Positions 12,826-23,733 of a stretch of 64,000 nt of DNA are shown one piece after another. The notes below the pieces were generated by a model. It was not told the origin of the DNA. It made no database searches and saw nothing but the letters and a program-made list of their open reading frames with translations. The translations under genes were made by a program, and so were the position numbers. This DNA comes from Mobula hypostoma. Lineage: Eukaryota. The DNA lies in assembly GCF_963921235.1 (NCBI RefSeq), contig NC_086097.1, forward strand, positions 54,438,001 to 54,502,000, written 5' to 3'. Positions within the stretch are counted from its first letter, which is position 1. Every line of letters begins with the position of its first letter.

Positions 12826-13805
12826 GAATACGAGGAAATCTGCAGATGCTGGAATTTCAAGCAACACACATAAAAATTGCTGGTGAACACAGCAGGCCAG
12901 GCAGCATCTCTAGGAAGAGGTACAGTCGACGTTTCGGACCCCTTTGTCCATTCGTCCCCCCCCATCCCTCCCCACTGATCTCCCTCCTGGCACTTATCCT
13001 TGTAAGTGGAACAAGTGCTACACATGCCCTTACACTTCCTCCCTCACTACCATTCAGGGCCCCAGACAGTCCTTCCAGGTGAGGTGACACTTCACCTGTG
13101 AGTCGGCTGGGGTGATATACTGTGTCCGGTGCTCCCGATGTGGCCTTCTATATATTGGCGAGACCCGACGCAGACTGGGAGATCGTTTCGCTGAACACCT
13201 ACGCTCTGTCCGCCAGAGAAAGCAGGATCTTCCAGTGGCCACACATTTTAATTCCACGTCCCATTCCCATTCTGATATGCCTATCCACGGCCTCCTCCAC
13301 TGTAAAGATGAAGCCACACTCAGGTTGGAGGAACAACACCTTATATTCCATCTGGGTAGCCTCCAACCTGATGGCATGAACATTGACTTCTCTAACTTCC
13401 GCTAATGCCCCACCTCCCCCTCATACCCCATCCGTTATTTATTTATATACACACATTCTTTTTCTCTCTCTCTCTCCTTTTTCTCCCTCTCTCCCCCTCA
13501 CTATACCCCTTGCCCATCCTCTGGGCTTCCCCCCCACCCCCTTTTCTTTCTCCCTGGGCCTCCTGTCCTATGAGCCTCTCATATCCCTTTTGCCAATCAA
13601 CTGTCCAGCTCTTGGCTCCATCCCTCCCCATCCTGTCTTCTCCTATCATTTTGGATCTCCCCCTCTCCCTCCCACTTCCAAATCTCTTACTAGCTCTTCT
13701 TTCAGTTAGTCCTGACGAAGGGTCTCGGCTCGAAACGCCGACTGTACCTCTTCCTAGAGATGCTGCCTGGCCTGCTGCGTTCACCAGCAACTTTTATGTG
13801 TGTTC
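12826..13805 (+). mobile_element. Penelope-like element (GIY-YIG endonuclease end plus pLTR) with an inverted 5' pLTR segment
   Basis: VIYCVRCSRCGLLYIGETRRRLGDRFAEH...LRLEEQHLIFHLGSLQPDGMNIDF (13112-13405); 12863-12936 is the reverse complement of 13731-13804; 10-bp TSD CAGTGTACGC at 12816-12825 and 13806-13815. Confidence 0.92.
13708..13743 (+). ncRNA. Minimal type I hammerhead ribozyme motif of a Penelope pLTR (cleavage triplet mutated)
   Basis: AGTC-CTGACGA-A-GGGT-CTCG-GCTC-GAAA-CGCC-GACT: stem I AGTC/GACT, core CUGANGA and GAAA, short stem II. The inverted copy (12921-12936) keeps the canonical GAAACGTC. Confidence 0.75.
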
Positions 13806-14503
13806 CAGTGTACGCTGTTGTGTTCCTTTGTTTGTAAATGAACAAAGTCAGCGCAGACACAGAGCACAGAAAATGGACTGCCTTCATACAATGCTTTTGA
13901 CTATTGTATCCTCCAAATCTTCACTTTCATTGTAACATTCAAGATGATTGTCGATCGTTGTTTGTATTTCATTACTTGTTGAAGTAGTGAGATCGTTTTG
14001 TTTTCACTCCTGGCTGTTTCTGGCATTTCCAAGCTTAAATGCTTGAAACTCCAGTGAGCAAAGCAGTTCCAGATTGTCTTGCTGCTTATTTCTCGCAAAC
14101 TAACAGTTTAAAAAATCATTGCTTTTTGAGCACAAACATGGGCAACTGGTGCCATTTAAAAACTGTTCTCTCTAAGCACAGTGTAGTGTTTAATAGCCAC
14201 ACAAATGCATGTGACTGACACTAGTTGGAAACTGGCAACTGCCTCCATTCCCAATTCTGTGGCACAGTGTCCCAAATAATTTATTTTTTAAATTTATTCA
14301 TCTTTCTTCTCTTCTAATATTATACATTTGTGAACTTGTCATGCTACTGTGACACTAATTTCCTTTGAGATCAATAAAGTATCTATCAATCTATAAATGA
14401 AGGAAACCTGGCTGTTTTCTTGATTAGTTTTTGTTCCTTAAGAGTTGTCCCAAATTAACAGCTGCTCCGATTAACCGATGGCTCAATTAACCGAAATTGA
14501 CTC

Positions 14504-14525
14504 TGTGTGTGTGTGTGTGTGTGTG
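14504..14525. repeat. (TG)11 microsatellite
   Basis: Read directly from the sequence. Confidence 0.95.
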
Positions 14526-14554
14526 AGATGTTTGTTTGTATATAACACATAATA

Positions 14555-15068
14555 TACTCAGTGGCCACTTTTTTAGGTAGACCTGTATACCTTCTTGTGA
14601 GTGCAAATATCTATTTATCCAATCAGGTAACAGCAACTCAATTGTTGTTCAAACCAAACTTTAGAAAGGAGAAGAAATGCAGAAATGTGATTTAAGTGAC
14701 TTTGACCATGGAATGATTGGTGCCAAACAGGGTGGTTTGAGTATGTCAGAAACTGCTGATCTCATGGGATTTTCATGCACACCCGTCTCTATAGTTTGGT
14801 GCAGAAACCAAATATCATCCAGTGAGCAGTAGCTCTGTGGGCAAAAATATCTTATTAATTAGAAAGGTCAGAGGAGAATAGCCAGGCTGGTTCAAGCTGG
14901 CAACAATTCAGATAACCATGCATTACAATAGGATGCAGAAAAGCATCTCTAAATGTACAACACGTCAGACCTTGAAGTGGATGAGCTACTGCAGCAGAAG
15001 ACCACAACGTGCACTCAGTGGCCTCCTTATGAGGTACAGGAGACTCCTGGTAAAGTGATCACTGAGTG
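14555..15068 (+). mobile_element. Tc1-derived non-autonomous DNA transposon
   Basis: TIRs (T)ACTCAGTGGCCACTTT and AAAGTGATCACTGAGTG, flanked by TA (14553-14554, 15069-15070); internal KCDLSDFDHGMI.GAKQGGLSMSETADLMGFS is a Tc1 transposase HTH relic. Confidence 0.88.
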
Positions 15069-15574
15069 TATATCCACCTCTTTTCCTCTCTTTCTCCCCC
15101 CCCCCCCCACTGTTCAGCAAGCTACATATTTTCAATGTTTTTTTATCTTTTTCAGCAATTCTGCAGATTTCCAGCATCATCAGTTTTTGTTTTGATTTTT
15201 CAATACTTGGTCTACTTGGATGTCACATAGTTTTTTTTTCTCTACAGATGCTCTCTGACTTTCAAACATACTACTTTACTGAAGCTTTCCAATAATTATG
15301 CTCATGGAATTTCACAGTTTCAGCCTTTGTATTTTTTCTCGCTTCTATCCTCATCCATTTCCTCCAGACAAGCTAGATGCCATTAATAAATCTTTGCACC
15401 TTGTCCAAGTTAAAACCAATATGTGATCTACCTTCTCTTGGTGCCCAACACATCACAGATGTTCTTTTTGTTCTACTTCTCCCCTTTCTCTACAATTTTA
15501 TTTATTCCTTTTGCTAAGTCCTTCTTCACAAGGAGGATCATGGACTCAAAATGTTAATTATCTTTCATTCTCTA

Positions 15575-15775
15575 TTTATTGATTGAGATGCAGTGTGGAA
15601 TAGGCCTTTTGAGCCACACTGCCCAGCAATGCCTTGATTTAACCCTAGCCTAATCACGGGACAATTTACAATGACCAATTAACCTACTAACAGGTACATT
15701 TCTGGACTCTTGAGAAGAAGTCCACATGGTTACAGGGAGAACATACGAACTCCTTACAGACATTGGCAGGATTAT
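15575..15775 (-). mobile_element. V-SINE (HE1-like) copy
   Basis: tttaaccctagcctaatcacgggacaatttacaatgaccaattaacc...acagggagaacatacgaactccttacagac; homologous to the copy at 2745. Confidence 0.7.
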
Positions 15776-16349
15776 GTCAATACTATATGATGTGCCAAGC
15801 ATTTCCAGGCCTTTTCTGTTGGTTTTCAATTTCAGACTCTGGCATCTGCTTGCTGTTTAATTTGTGCGAACAGAATGATGAGGAAACATTCTTAGTCGTG
15901 AAAGGTAACTTCTTAATGTCTTTCCATAATTAATGCCTGGCATGGATATTTGCGTCTTCCTAGATATACGTTCGTACATTATTTCACTTTATTTTTTCTG
16001 GTTATTGTTTTTTCCACCAGTAAATGCTACTTGGTGGAAACATGTCATTATGTTTCAGAGAGAGTTGATAAGGTTGTTGGCAGTTGGAGAAGATGGCTGT
16101 CCTTCACTATCAGCTTGTTTGTCTATTTCTCTTGATTAAATTACTAAGCAATATTGAAAATATTAATGATTGCACTTAGCTATTCTTTTCATGCACTGAT
16201 AATCAAGATTTTGGACACAAGCTGATACTATTTTGTCCTTGCTTCAATACAACTGCATTCAAGTTTGATTAAATATGCCTTCATGGTATGACAGAGCTGA
16301 TAACTGTTACTTTTGAAAAGATGAATTAGTTGCATAGAAAGAAAAAAAA

Positions 16350-16650
16350 AGATTCAGCAGATGCTGAAATCTGGAGCAACAATCTACAGGAGGAACTCAA
16401 TGGTTTGAACAGCATCAGTGGAAGGAAAGGAATTATTGACGTTTCGGGTCAATGTCCTGCAGAAGCAGGAAATGTGGGGTTCGGGAACTATCAGATTAGA
16501 GACTATGGAGGTGTGATCTCCTAATGCAGTGAGAATTGTGACAGTGAGGGTGGTGATGTGATGCCCCGTTTCAACCCAAAATATGGACAGTTTCTTTCCT
16601 CCTACAGGTACTTTTCGACCTGCTGAGTTCCTCCAGGATATAGTTGATTT
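16350..16650. mobile_element. Inverted pair of old Penelope pLTR fragments
   Basis: cagatgctg...ggaggaactc...gacgtttcgggtc (minus sense) faces cccaaaatatggacag...cctgctgagttcctccag (plus sense). Confidence 0.6.
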
Positions 16651-17564
16651 TTTGACCATTGTATATTTTTTTCCCATTCTTATGCTAATATTTTTTGAAA
16701 AATGGTTCTGTTATAATCTGAAAATGCTGGGAAAGTATGAAAAAAGCATGAATATCCAGTGAGGTCATATCCAACCATTTGGTTAAATATAGAAGTACAG
16801 CAGTAAAAAATGCAGGGTGGCAACAAATCTAAGCTGAATAGTTAATATTGAAGTCCATCCAATATATTTACTTAATTTCCAAAACATAAGATATACATCT
16901 GTAAGGTTGAGTCATGTCTGTGATTTTATTGTTGAGTAATTCAGTTCAGAAGCCCAAAAACATTCACAATTTTATTTTTTCTGTTATGATCAGGAGAATT
17001 GGGGCTTTATTCATTGTGAATTAAAACTGGCTGGGTTTAGTACTTAAGTAACCTCTGCATTGAAGTGAATGATTGGGAAAGATCCAGTCTGGTAGCCAAA
17101 AAAGTGAATTGCAGATTTAAAAGCAAATGTACATTTGTAGCAGTATTGTATTTATCCGCTGGATGTAGCTGCTGCTGGCTTTTATTGTCCATCCTGAGCT
17201 ACATTTTCTAGTTTGATACACTTGTGTAGCTTACTGCATCATTAGGTTCAATCCACATTATCTGTGCCCTTCGTGAGTAAATATACCTCTATAAGATTTA
17301 TCCCTGGCTCCTCTGCTCCAGAGAAGGAGGGTCTCAGCCTCTCCTTATTTACTTTCTGTAACCTTCTGCTTTCCGACAAATCTTCATGTATTCTTGCCTC
17401 TGCCTCTCTCAGTAGTCCTGCTTTTTGCTTGAAAGTTATATCTCTTTTCTCCAGTTCAGATGAGTTGTCTGTTCAGAATGTTGAGCAAGTTCAAGCTAGC
17501 AGTGATTATCAGTTCTGAAGGAAATCTCTGACCTTCAATTGTAAGTACATCTTGAACTTGTGCA

Positions 17565-18365
17565 GTACTGCCTTAAGATGGTTTAAGATGGTGCTCCTGA
17601 AGGTGGGTGACAGCTGACTGGTGGGTTTTAAAACAAGAAATTTGACTAAACACTCTATTAATAACACTTTTTATATTGAAAATTGAAATGATCACCACAA
17701 ACAATGAAGAGGCGAGCCATGTGGGTCAGAGTCGGAGCAAGGTCGAGGCAAGTACCAGGAGAAGTTGGAACTTCAGAGATGAAGGCGGAGTGGAGAAAAG
17801 TTGACGCAAAATTGTTTCAGATCCCATCCACCTAAACCGGGAGAGAAGTTTGATCCATCAAAGTTCTGCACCGATTTGGAAAGGTTGAGTATGGACTAGA
17901 AGCGGCCCAGAGCATATCGCTGTGGCAGGGCCCAGGTCCAAGTGTGGGGCACGACTTAGTGCTTGGACAATTTAAACACCAGGCCAGATGGACTGAAAAG
18001 TGGACCAGAGGCAACGGTCAAACTGGTTCTGCTCTACCAAGTTTTACTTTGCTCTCCTCAACACTGAGGCTGTAAGACTGCTCTGGTTACTACACACTTC
18101 TTGCCTGCGAGCTTTGTAGCGATTTGCCTAGCTATATGATGAACTGAGACCTAGGCTGTTGGCCTATTCTGGCTGCTCTGGGATTCGGGTCTATGGACTC
18201 AATTTCGTTCAGAATGCTGTTGCTTGCTTTGATTGTTTGCATGATCTGTGTCTTTTTTTCAGCCCTCCCCCCCCAACTTTCTTTGCATATTGACTGTTGG
18301 TCTTTTATTTGTGGATACCTGTAAGCAGACAAATCTCAAGGTTGTATAATTTATACATATATTAA
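17565..18365 (+). mobile_element. Putative non-autonomous Rex-related retroelement (AAGATGG 5' end, Rex-type tail, no RT)
   Basis: Starts aagatggtgc like the Rex LINE at 31262; ends aaatctcaaggttgtataatttatacat like Rex tails. Confidence 0.5.
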
Positions 18366-21300
18366 TCCACAAGAATAGATTTTATTTCAGTTTGTGACAT
18401 CTCTGAGTTTTCCTTTTGTGTTTGAAATGAAATTATTAGTACTTAAGTTTTCTGTTTGGTTTAGCAACCTCCATGGCACTTTGCATTTAAACGTACATTT
18501 TTGAATATTTAGCTTGAACATCTCCAGAGAGGCCTTTGCATCTGATTAATTCAGTTGGAAAATCAAGTTTGTGAAAATTATCTAGTTTGTATTTTTCTGG
18601 AAGATAACCTTACAGAATTAATATTCTTTGAAAAATATGATTTCAATTTTCTTAAAATATTAGATATATACAAAATAGTTTGGTTGGATGGTACTTGTGC
18701 ACTTAAAATTTTCTTCATCCTGGGTTGTCGGGATGATATAGCTTGTGCAGTATCACACACCAACATGAGCGATTATTGGTCTCGTATTTTCTCACAGAAT
18801 TGAGTTCATTAGCCAACAGGAAAAGCATATGGCAAATTTAAGTAGGAAAGGCATCTCTTTTGCCTAGTCCCATTCTTGCTCAGTTTCATAATCCAACAGA
18901 AGTAGTTCCATTCCCTGATGTGTAGACTCTTAACATCTGTCCAAGTTATCAAGGCCATTTTTTATTTTTCCTGATAGACCTATCTGTAATTGTTAAAGGC
19001 ATATTTTGAATTTAATAGTTCTAATATTAGATGCTCAGTAGTGGCACTCTGTTATAGCTCAATCTGTTTGATACTGAACTATTTGGGAAACTTATTCAGT
19101 TACTGCTTAACTGGAAAATGGTCTTTTGTAATTTTTAAATAGTAGTGACCCCAATTAGAATGCATGCCATCCTTTCAGAAGGTAGTTTTATTGAATTATT
19201 TCTATTATTAGAAAGGAATAGTCACAGATATCTTGGCATTAAAGTGGAGTGAACTGGAGTGTTCCAGGGGAAAATAATTTTGATTTGAGTTTTTAACAGT
19301 TTTTAGGGTTAGAAATGAAGACTATTCCACTAAATTCAATTGATTTGCACAGATGCATAAACTTTGGCAAGATCTGAGCAAGTGACTGGTGGTCATGGAT
19401 ACGTGTTATTTTCCAAGCGGAACTGGAACAGATTGCAGAAACTCCTCAAGGGGCTGAGTGTCCCATCTTCTGACTGGTGACTCACTGGAGGAGAGGGCCC
19501 TTTGCCAGAGCACTGGGAGTTGATCTCCTGCCGTGTGCTTTGGCTACTTGGGTTCCACGGAGATTTTTTTGAGTATGAGGATCCCATAATGGCAAGAGAT
19601 CCAAGGAAGAGGAAAGATACCTGTCCCACTCTGACATGAGTGGGGGTTGTGGATTTCCAAATTGAGAGTTTAGAAATACCAGAATCTGGGAAGGTAGTTA
19701 GGAGTCAGCCAAATACTCTAATGCTGAGATTTGGACTTGTGGAGAGGAGAATATTGATGCATTTTTAAAGGATAAAGTAGGTTCCTTTTTCATGAAAAGA
19801 TACCACAGGGAAATGTCTGAGGGTTTCCCTGTCGGTCATCTGGAAAGATTAAGCTTCGCATGTCATGAATGCTCATGTGGCCTCGCCATGCACTGAGAAT
19901 CAATGAGTGATGTGGATTTTGCTAGAGGGTCTGCCTCCTGACTTAGTTTGGAATTCAGCAGGTCCTTTAGTAAATAGTGAACAGCACATGTTTTGCCACA
20001 AACTTGGGTAACTCGCGGGCATGTGCTCGCTTAGACACACTGACCTATCAGAGGGTGTTCTAATGGTAAATTTAAAATTGGCTGCTCTATGCACAACAGA
20101 TGTTGCTATTAATAGTTAATCTGCATTTAGAAGGATGGGAATGTTGGGTGTCCAGTCTTTATCTTTTGCTCTGAAAGTGTTTATACAGCATATGGTTTTT
20201 GAATGAACTAAACTGAAAAGAATGTGGCTAACCAGTGTCATTTGGGATCTTCAGAAATACTACGGAAACTCCACATTCTTTAGGCAAACTTCAGGCATGC
20301 CAGTACATTCCAGAGTCATGAGGTGTAATGAATTTTGGTACTGGTTACACTGATCAGTGCCTCATGAGGTTTAGGAAATGTATTCATTACATTCAACTAC
20401 ACAACAGTTCATTGTGGTAATGTTTTCCACTTATAGATGAAACACTTAAGCCAAGTATTATATAAAAAAAAACACAATTCCAGTTTCATTGACTTTCAAA
20501 AATAGTTAAAAGTGAATCAGTTTATCTAGAAAAGTTTGAAACAACAGGGTACAATTTTCACAGTTTGTGAATTTAAATTCCAAAATTTGTATTTGAATAC
20601 TTTTTAATACAATGGTGACTTTAGTTTATTAAGTAGGTTTTTGAAAAAATGTTACCAGTATACCTTTTTTCTGTGAAGACTTTATGGACATATAATTTTC
20701 ACGTCTTAAGTAATGTGGAAAGTGGTAACTACTTGGCAAATTCATTTTGGTTTGTTAAGCCACTTAGGATTCCTGAGCAGTATTCTGAAAATAGCAGCAA
20801 AGTTAACATATCCAGATATAGCCTCAGTGTTACATACAGTATATATATGGTATGAAATCCACTTTAATACATAGTAATCTGTATGTCTTCAGAATTCAAT
20901 GTGGCACAGGTAGGAAGTTGAACAATGCCTTTATTCACAAGTTATTTTCACATGTCAGTGTATAAACTATTCCATCCTGGTTTCTGCCTTCTCTGTGATG
21001 AGATGATTACATCCAAGTCAGAAGTATGTGAATTCAAGCTCCAGTCCAACATTTGAGCATGTAATTTAGTTTAATACTGTATATTTTAGTTTGAAACACT
21101 ATTTTAGTTCCTGTCATATACGCTACCTTCAAGTAATATCATGAACTTCATCTACCTTCTCAGCAAACAATACAGATAGAAAAGGACCAGGTTTATCAAG
21201 CCTACTTCAGTGGATTAACTAAAGCATTCTGATCAGACTGTTCTTATCCTGAGTAATCATTCCAGTATTTGAATGAGTCGGAACATTATCGGTAGAGGAA

Positions 21301-21459
21301 AAACACCATCTTGTAGGTATTTTCAGTTGAAAAATCATTGACTCTGCACAAAACAATAATCAGTTTAGTCAGTGCTTAATAGGTATCTTGATTTTTAGAG
21401 TTGATAAGCACCATTATATTCAAACTAGACAATGTAAGTCAATTTGGAGATTACTCTCT

Positions 21460-22260
21460 CGAAGTTCAAAGTAAATTTATTATCAAAGTACATATGTCAC
21501 ATACACAACCCTGAAATTCATTTTCTTGCAGGCATACTCGATAAATCCAAGAAACATAATAGAATCAATGAAAGAGCACATATAACAGGACAACAAACTA
21601 ATGCCAAAGACAACTGCAAATACAAAAGAAAAAAGAATAATAATTGATGATGGTTGCTGCTTTGCTGCGACAGTGCGCCGTGTAGATGTACACAGTGGTG
21701 GAGAGGATGTTACCTGTGATGGACCAAGCTGTATCCACTGCTCTTTACAGGATTTTCTGCTCAAGGACATTGGTGTTTCCATATCAATCCGTGATGCAAC
21801 CAGTCAATATAGTCTCCACCATATATCTATATAGAAGTTTGTCAAAGCTTTAGATGTCATGCCAAATCTTCACAAACTTCTAAGAAAATTGAGGTGTTGC
21901 AGTACTTTCTTCATAATTGCACTTGCGTGCTCGGCCCTGGACAGATCTTCTGAACTGCTAACACAAAGGAATTTAAAGTTATGCCCCACCTCTGATATGC
22001 TTGATGACGACAGACCTTCAGTTTCTTCCTCCTGTAGTTGATAATCCTTGGTCTTACTGACATTGAGTGAGAAGTTGTTGTTGTGGCACCGCTCTGGCAG
22101 ATTTTCAATCTCCCTCCTGTATGCTGATTGTCACCACCTTTGATTTGGCCAACAACAGTTAACTCACTTAAATACGGCATTGGAGCTATGCTTAGCCTCA
22201 CAGTCATAAGTATAAAAGTGGGTAGAGCAGGGAGCTAATTACACAGTCTTGTGGTGCCCT
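21460..22260 (-). mobile_element. Rex1/Babar-type LINE 3' fragment with internal deletions
   Basis: Tail aagttcaaagtaaatttattatc; TVVGQIKGGDN RT remnant on the minus strand. Confidence 0.75.
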
Positions 22261-22439
22261 TTTAGACTGGCTTGTAGATTGAAATTTGGGAGGTAAGCTA
22301 CATGAGGTTCATTGTTACAGAAAATGAGAGGCAGTGGGTGGTTGTTCAAAAGTAATCTGGTTCTATTCTATACATTTGTATCTCAAATTAGTATTTTTAC
22401 TTTTATTGAAGCATTGTGGCTGACATTTTAGTCTTCCAT

Positions 22440-23028
22440 GAGTGAGGGATCAGCAGTGGAACATCTTAGAGGATTTATCCTGAGCCCAACATATAGATGC
22501 AATCACAAAGAAGGCACACCAGCAACTTTACTTCATTAGGAGTTTGAGAAGATTTGATACGTCACCAAAGGCTCTTGCTAATTTCTACAGATGTACTATG
22601 AAGAGCATTCTGACTGGTTGCATCATCATCTGTTATGGAGACTCCAATGCACTACAGAGGGTTACAGAGTCAGCTAGCTTCATCATGGACGCAACCCTTC
22701 TTACCACCGAGGACCTTTTGAAGCAGTGATGCCTCAAGATGACGGCATTCATCATAAATAACCCTCACCACTAGCACCATGCACTCTTCTCATTACCATC
22801 AGGGAGCAAAAACAGGAGCCTGAAGATGCCTATTCATTGTTTTAGGAACAACTTCTTCCCCTCTGCCATCAGATTTCTGAGCAGTCCACATACACTACCT
22901 CACTATTCCTCTTTTGCATGATTATTTTATTTTTGTTGTAGCAGTAATTTTTTATGCATTGTATTGTAGCCACAAAACAACAAATTTCGCAACATATACC
23001 TGTTGATAATAAACCTGATTCTGATTAC
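22440..23028 (+). mobile_element. Rex1/Babar-type LINE 3' fragment
   Basis: LANFYRCTMKSILTGCIIICYG; tail aataaacctgattctgatt. Confidence 0.8.
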
Positions 23029-23733
23029 TGGGGTGAAAAATTAGGCTAGATGCGAACATAAAATTTTTCCACCTCCAAAGGTAGAAATGAAGCAAAACTA
23101 CATATAACTACACCCACAGAAACAATAACACAAAACAATGAAGAGGCCAAATGAGTGCCACAGCAACCTACATCAGTCATACTACCACATCAAATTGTTT
23201 CCTCATAAACTGTGTAAGGAAGATTCCAATGCATTTTTAAAAAAATTTTTAATGTTGTCCTGCTGACAACATAAAATCTTTGAAATGTAAGCAAGCTTTG
23301 GATGTTGAGAGAGATTCTATGCAATGACGATGAAGGTCTTTATACTTGTCCATTCTGAGGTACTCTGTACAGGGATTGGAGGCCTCTCTGTGTGTTTGTG
23401 GGGGGGGGGGTGATAAAAGGGTTTGTTTTGCTGTTGCTGCCTGTTGTATATTGCTTGTATGTTCTGCTGAATGTTGTGGGTATGCTATGATGGTGCCAAA
23501 ATAAGTGGCAACGGTTGCCAGTTGACCTCAACACATCAGATTGTGTTAGTTGTTACACAAATGACACATTTCACTGTATGTTTTGATGTACATGTGATTA
23601 ATAAATAAATCCTGATCAACATCCAAAAATCTAAAACAATCGAGTTTGTAATGAGTCCAGAATGGCAAGAAAATTCTAGTGCAACTTCTCCTAATCTCAT
23701 ATCCAAATTTAGAAAGTAATTGGAAACACTATC

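Larger units (their letters stand above)
12583..14503 (-). mobile_element. Tigger/pogo-like non-autonomous DNA transposon, interrupted by a Penelope-like element
   Basis: Degenerate TIRs cagt..ggttaattggg (left) and ctcaattaaccgaaattgact (right); minus-strand SSKTIWNCFAHWSF resembles the TIxNCFxKAGF motif of pogo/Tigger transposases. Confidence 0.65.

Noticed and set aside
13383..13935. 176-aa Leu/Pro/Ser-rich ORF
   Set aside because: Translation of the pyrimidine-rich Penelope UTR; low complexity.
15870..15980. C/D box snoRNA (ATGATGA at ~15874)
   Set aside because: No suitably placed CTGA D box or terminal stem.
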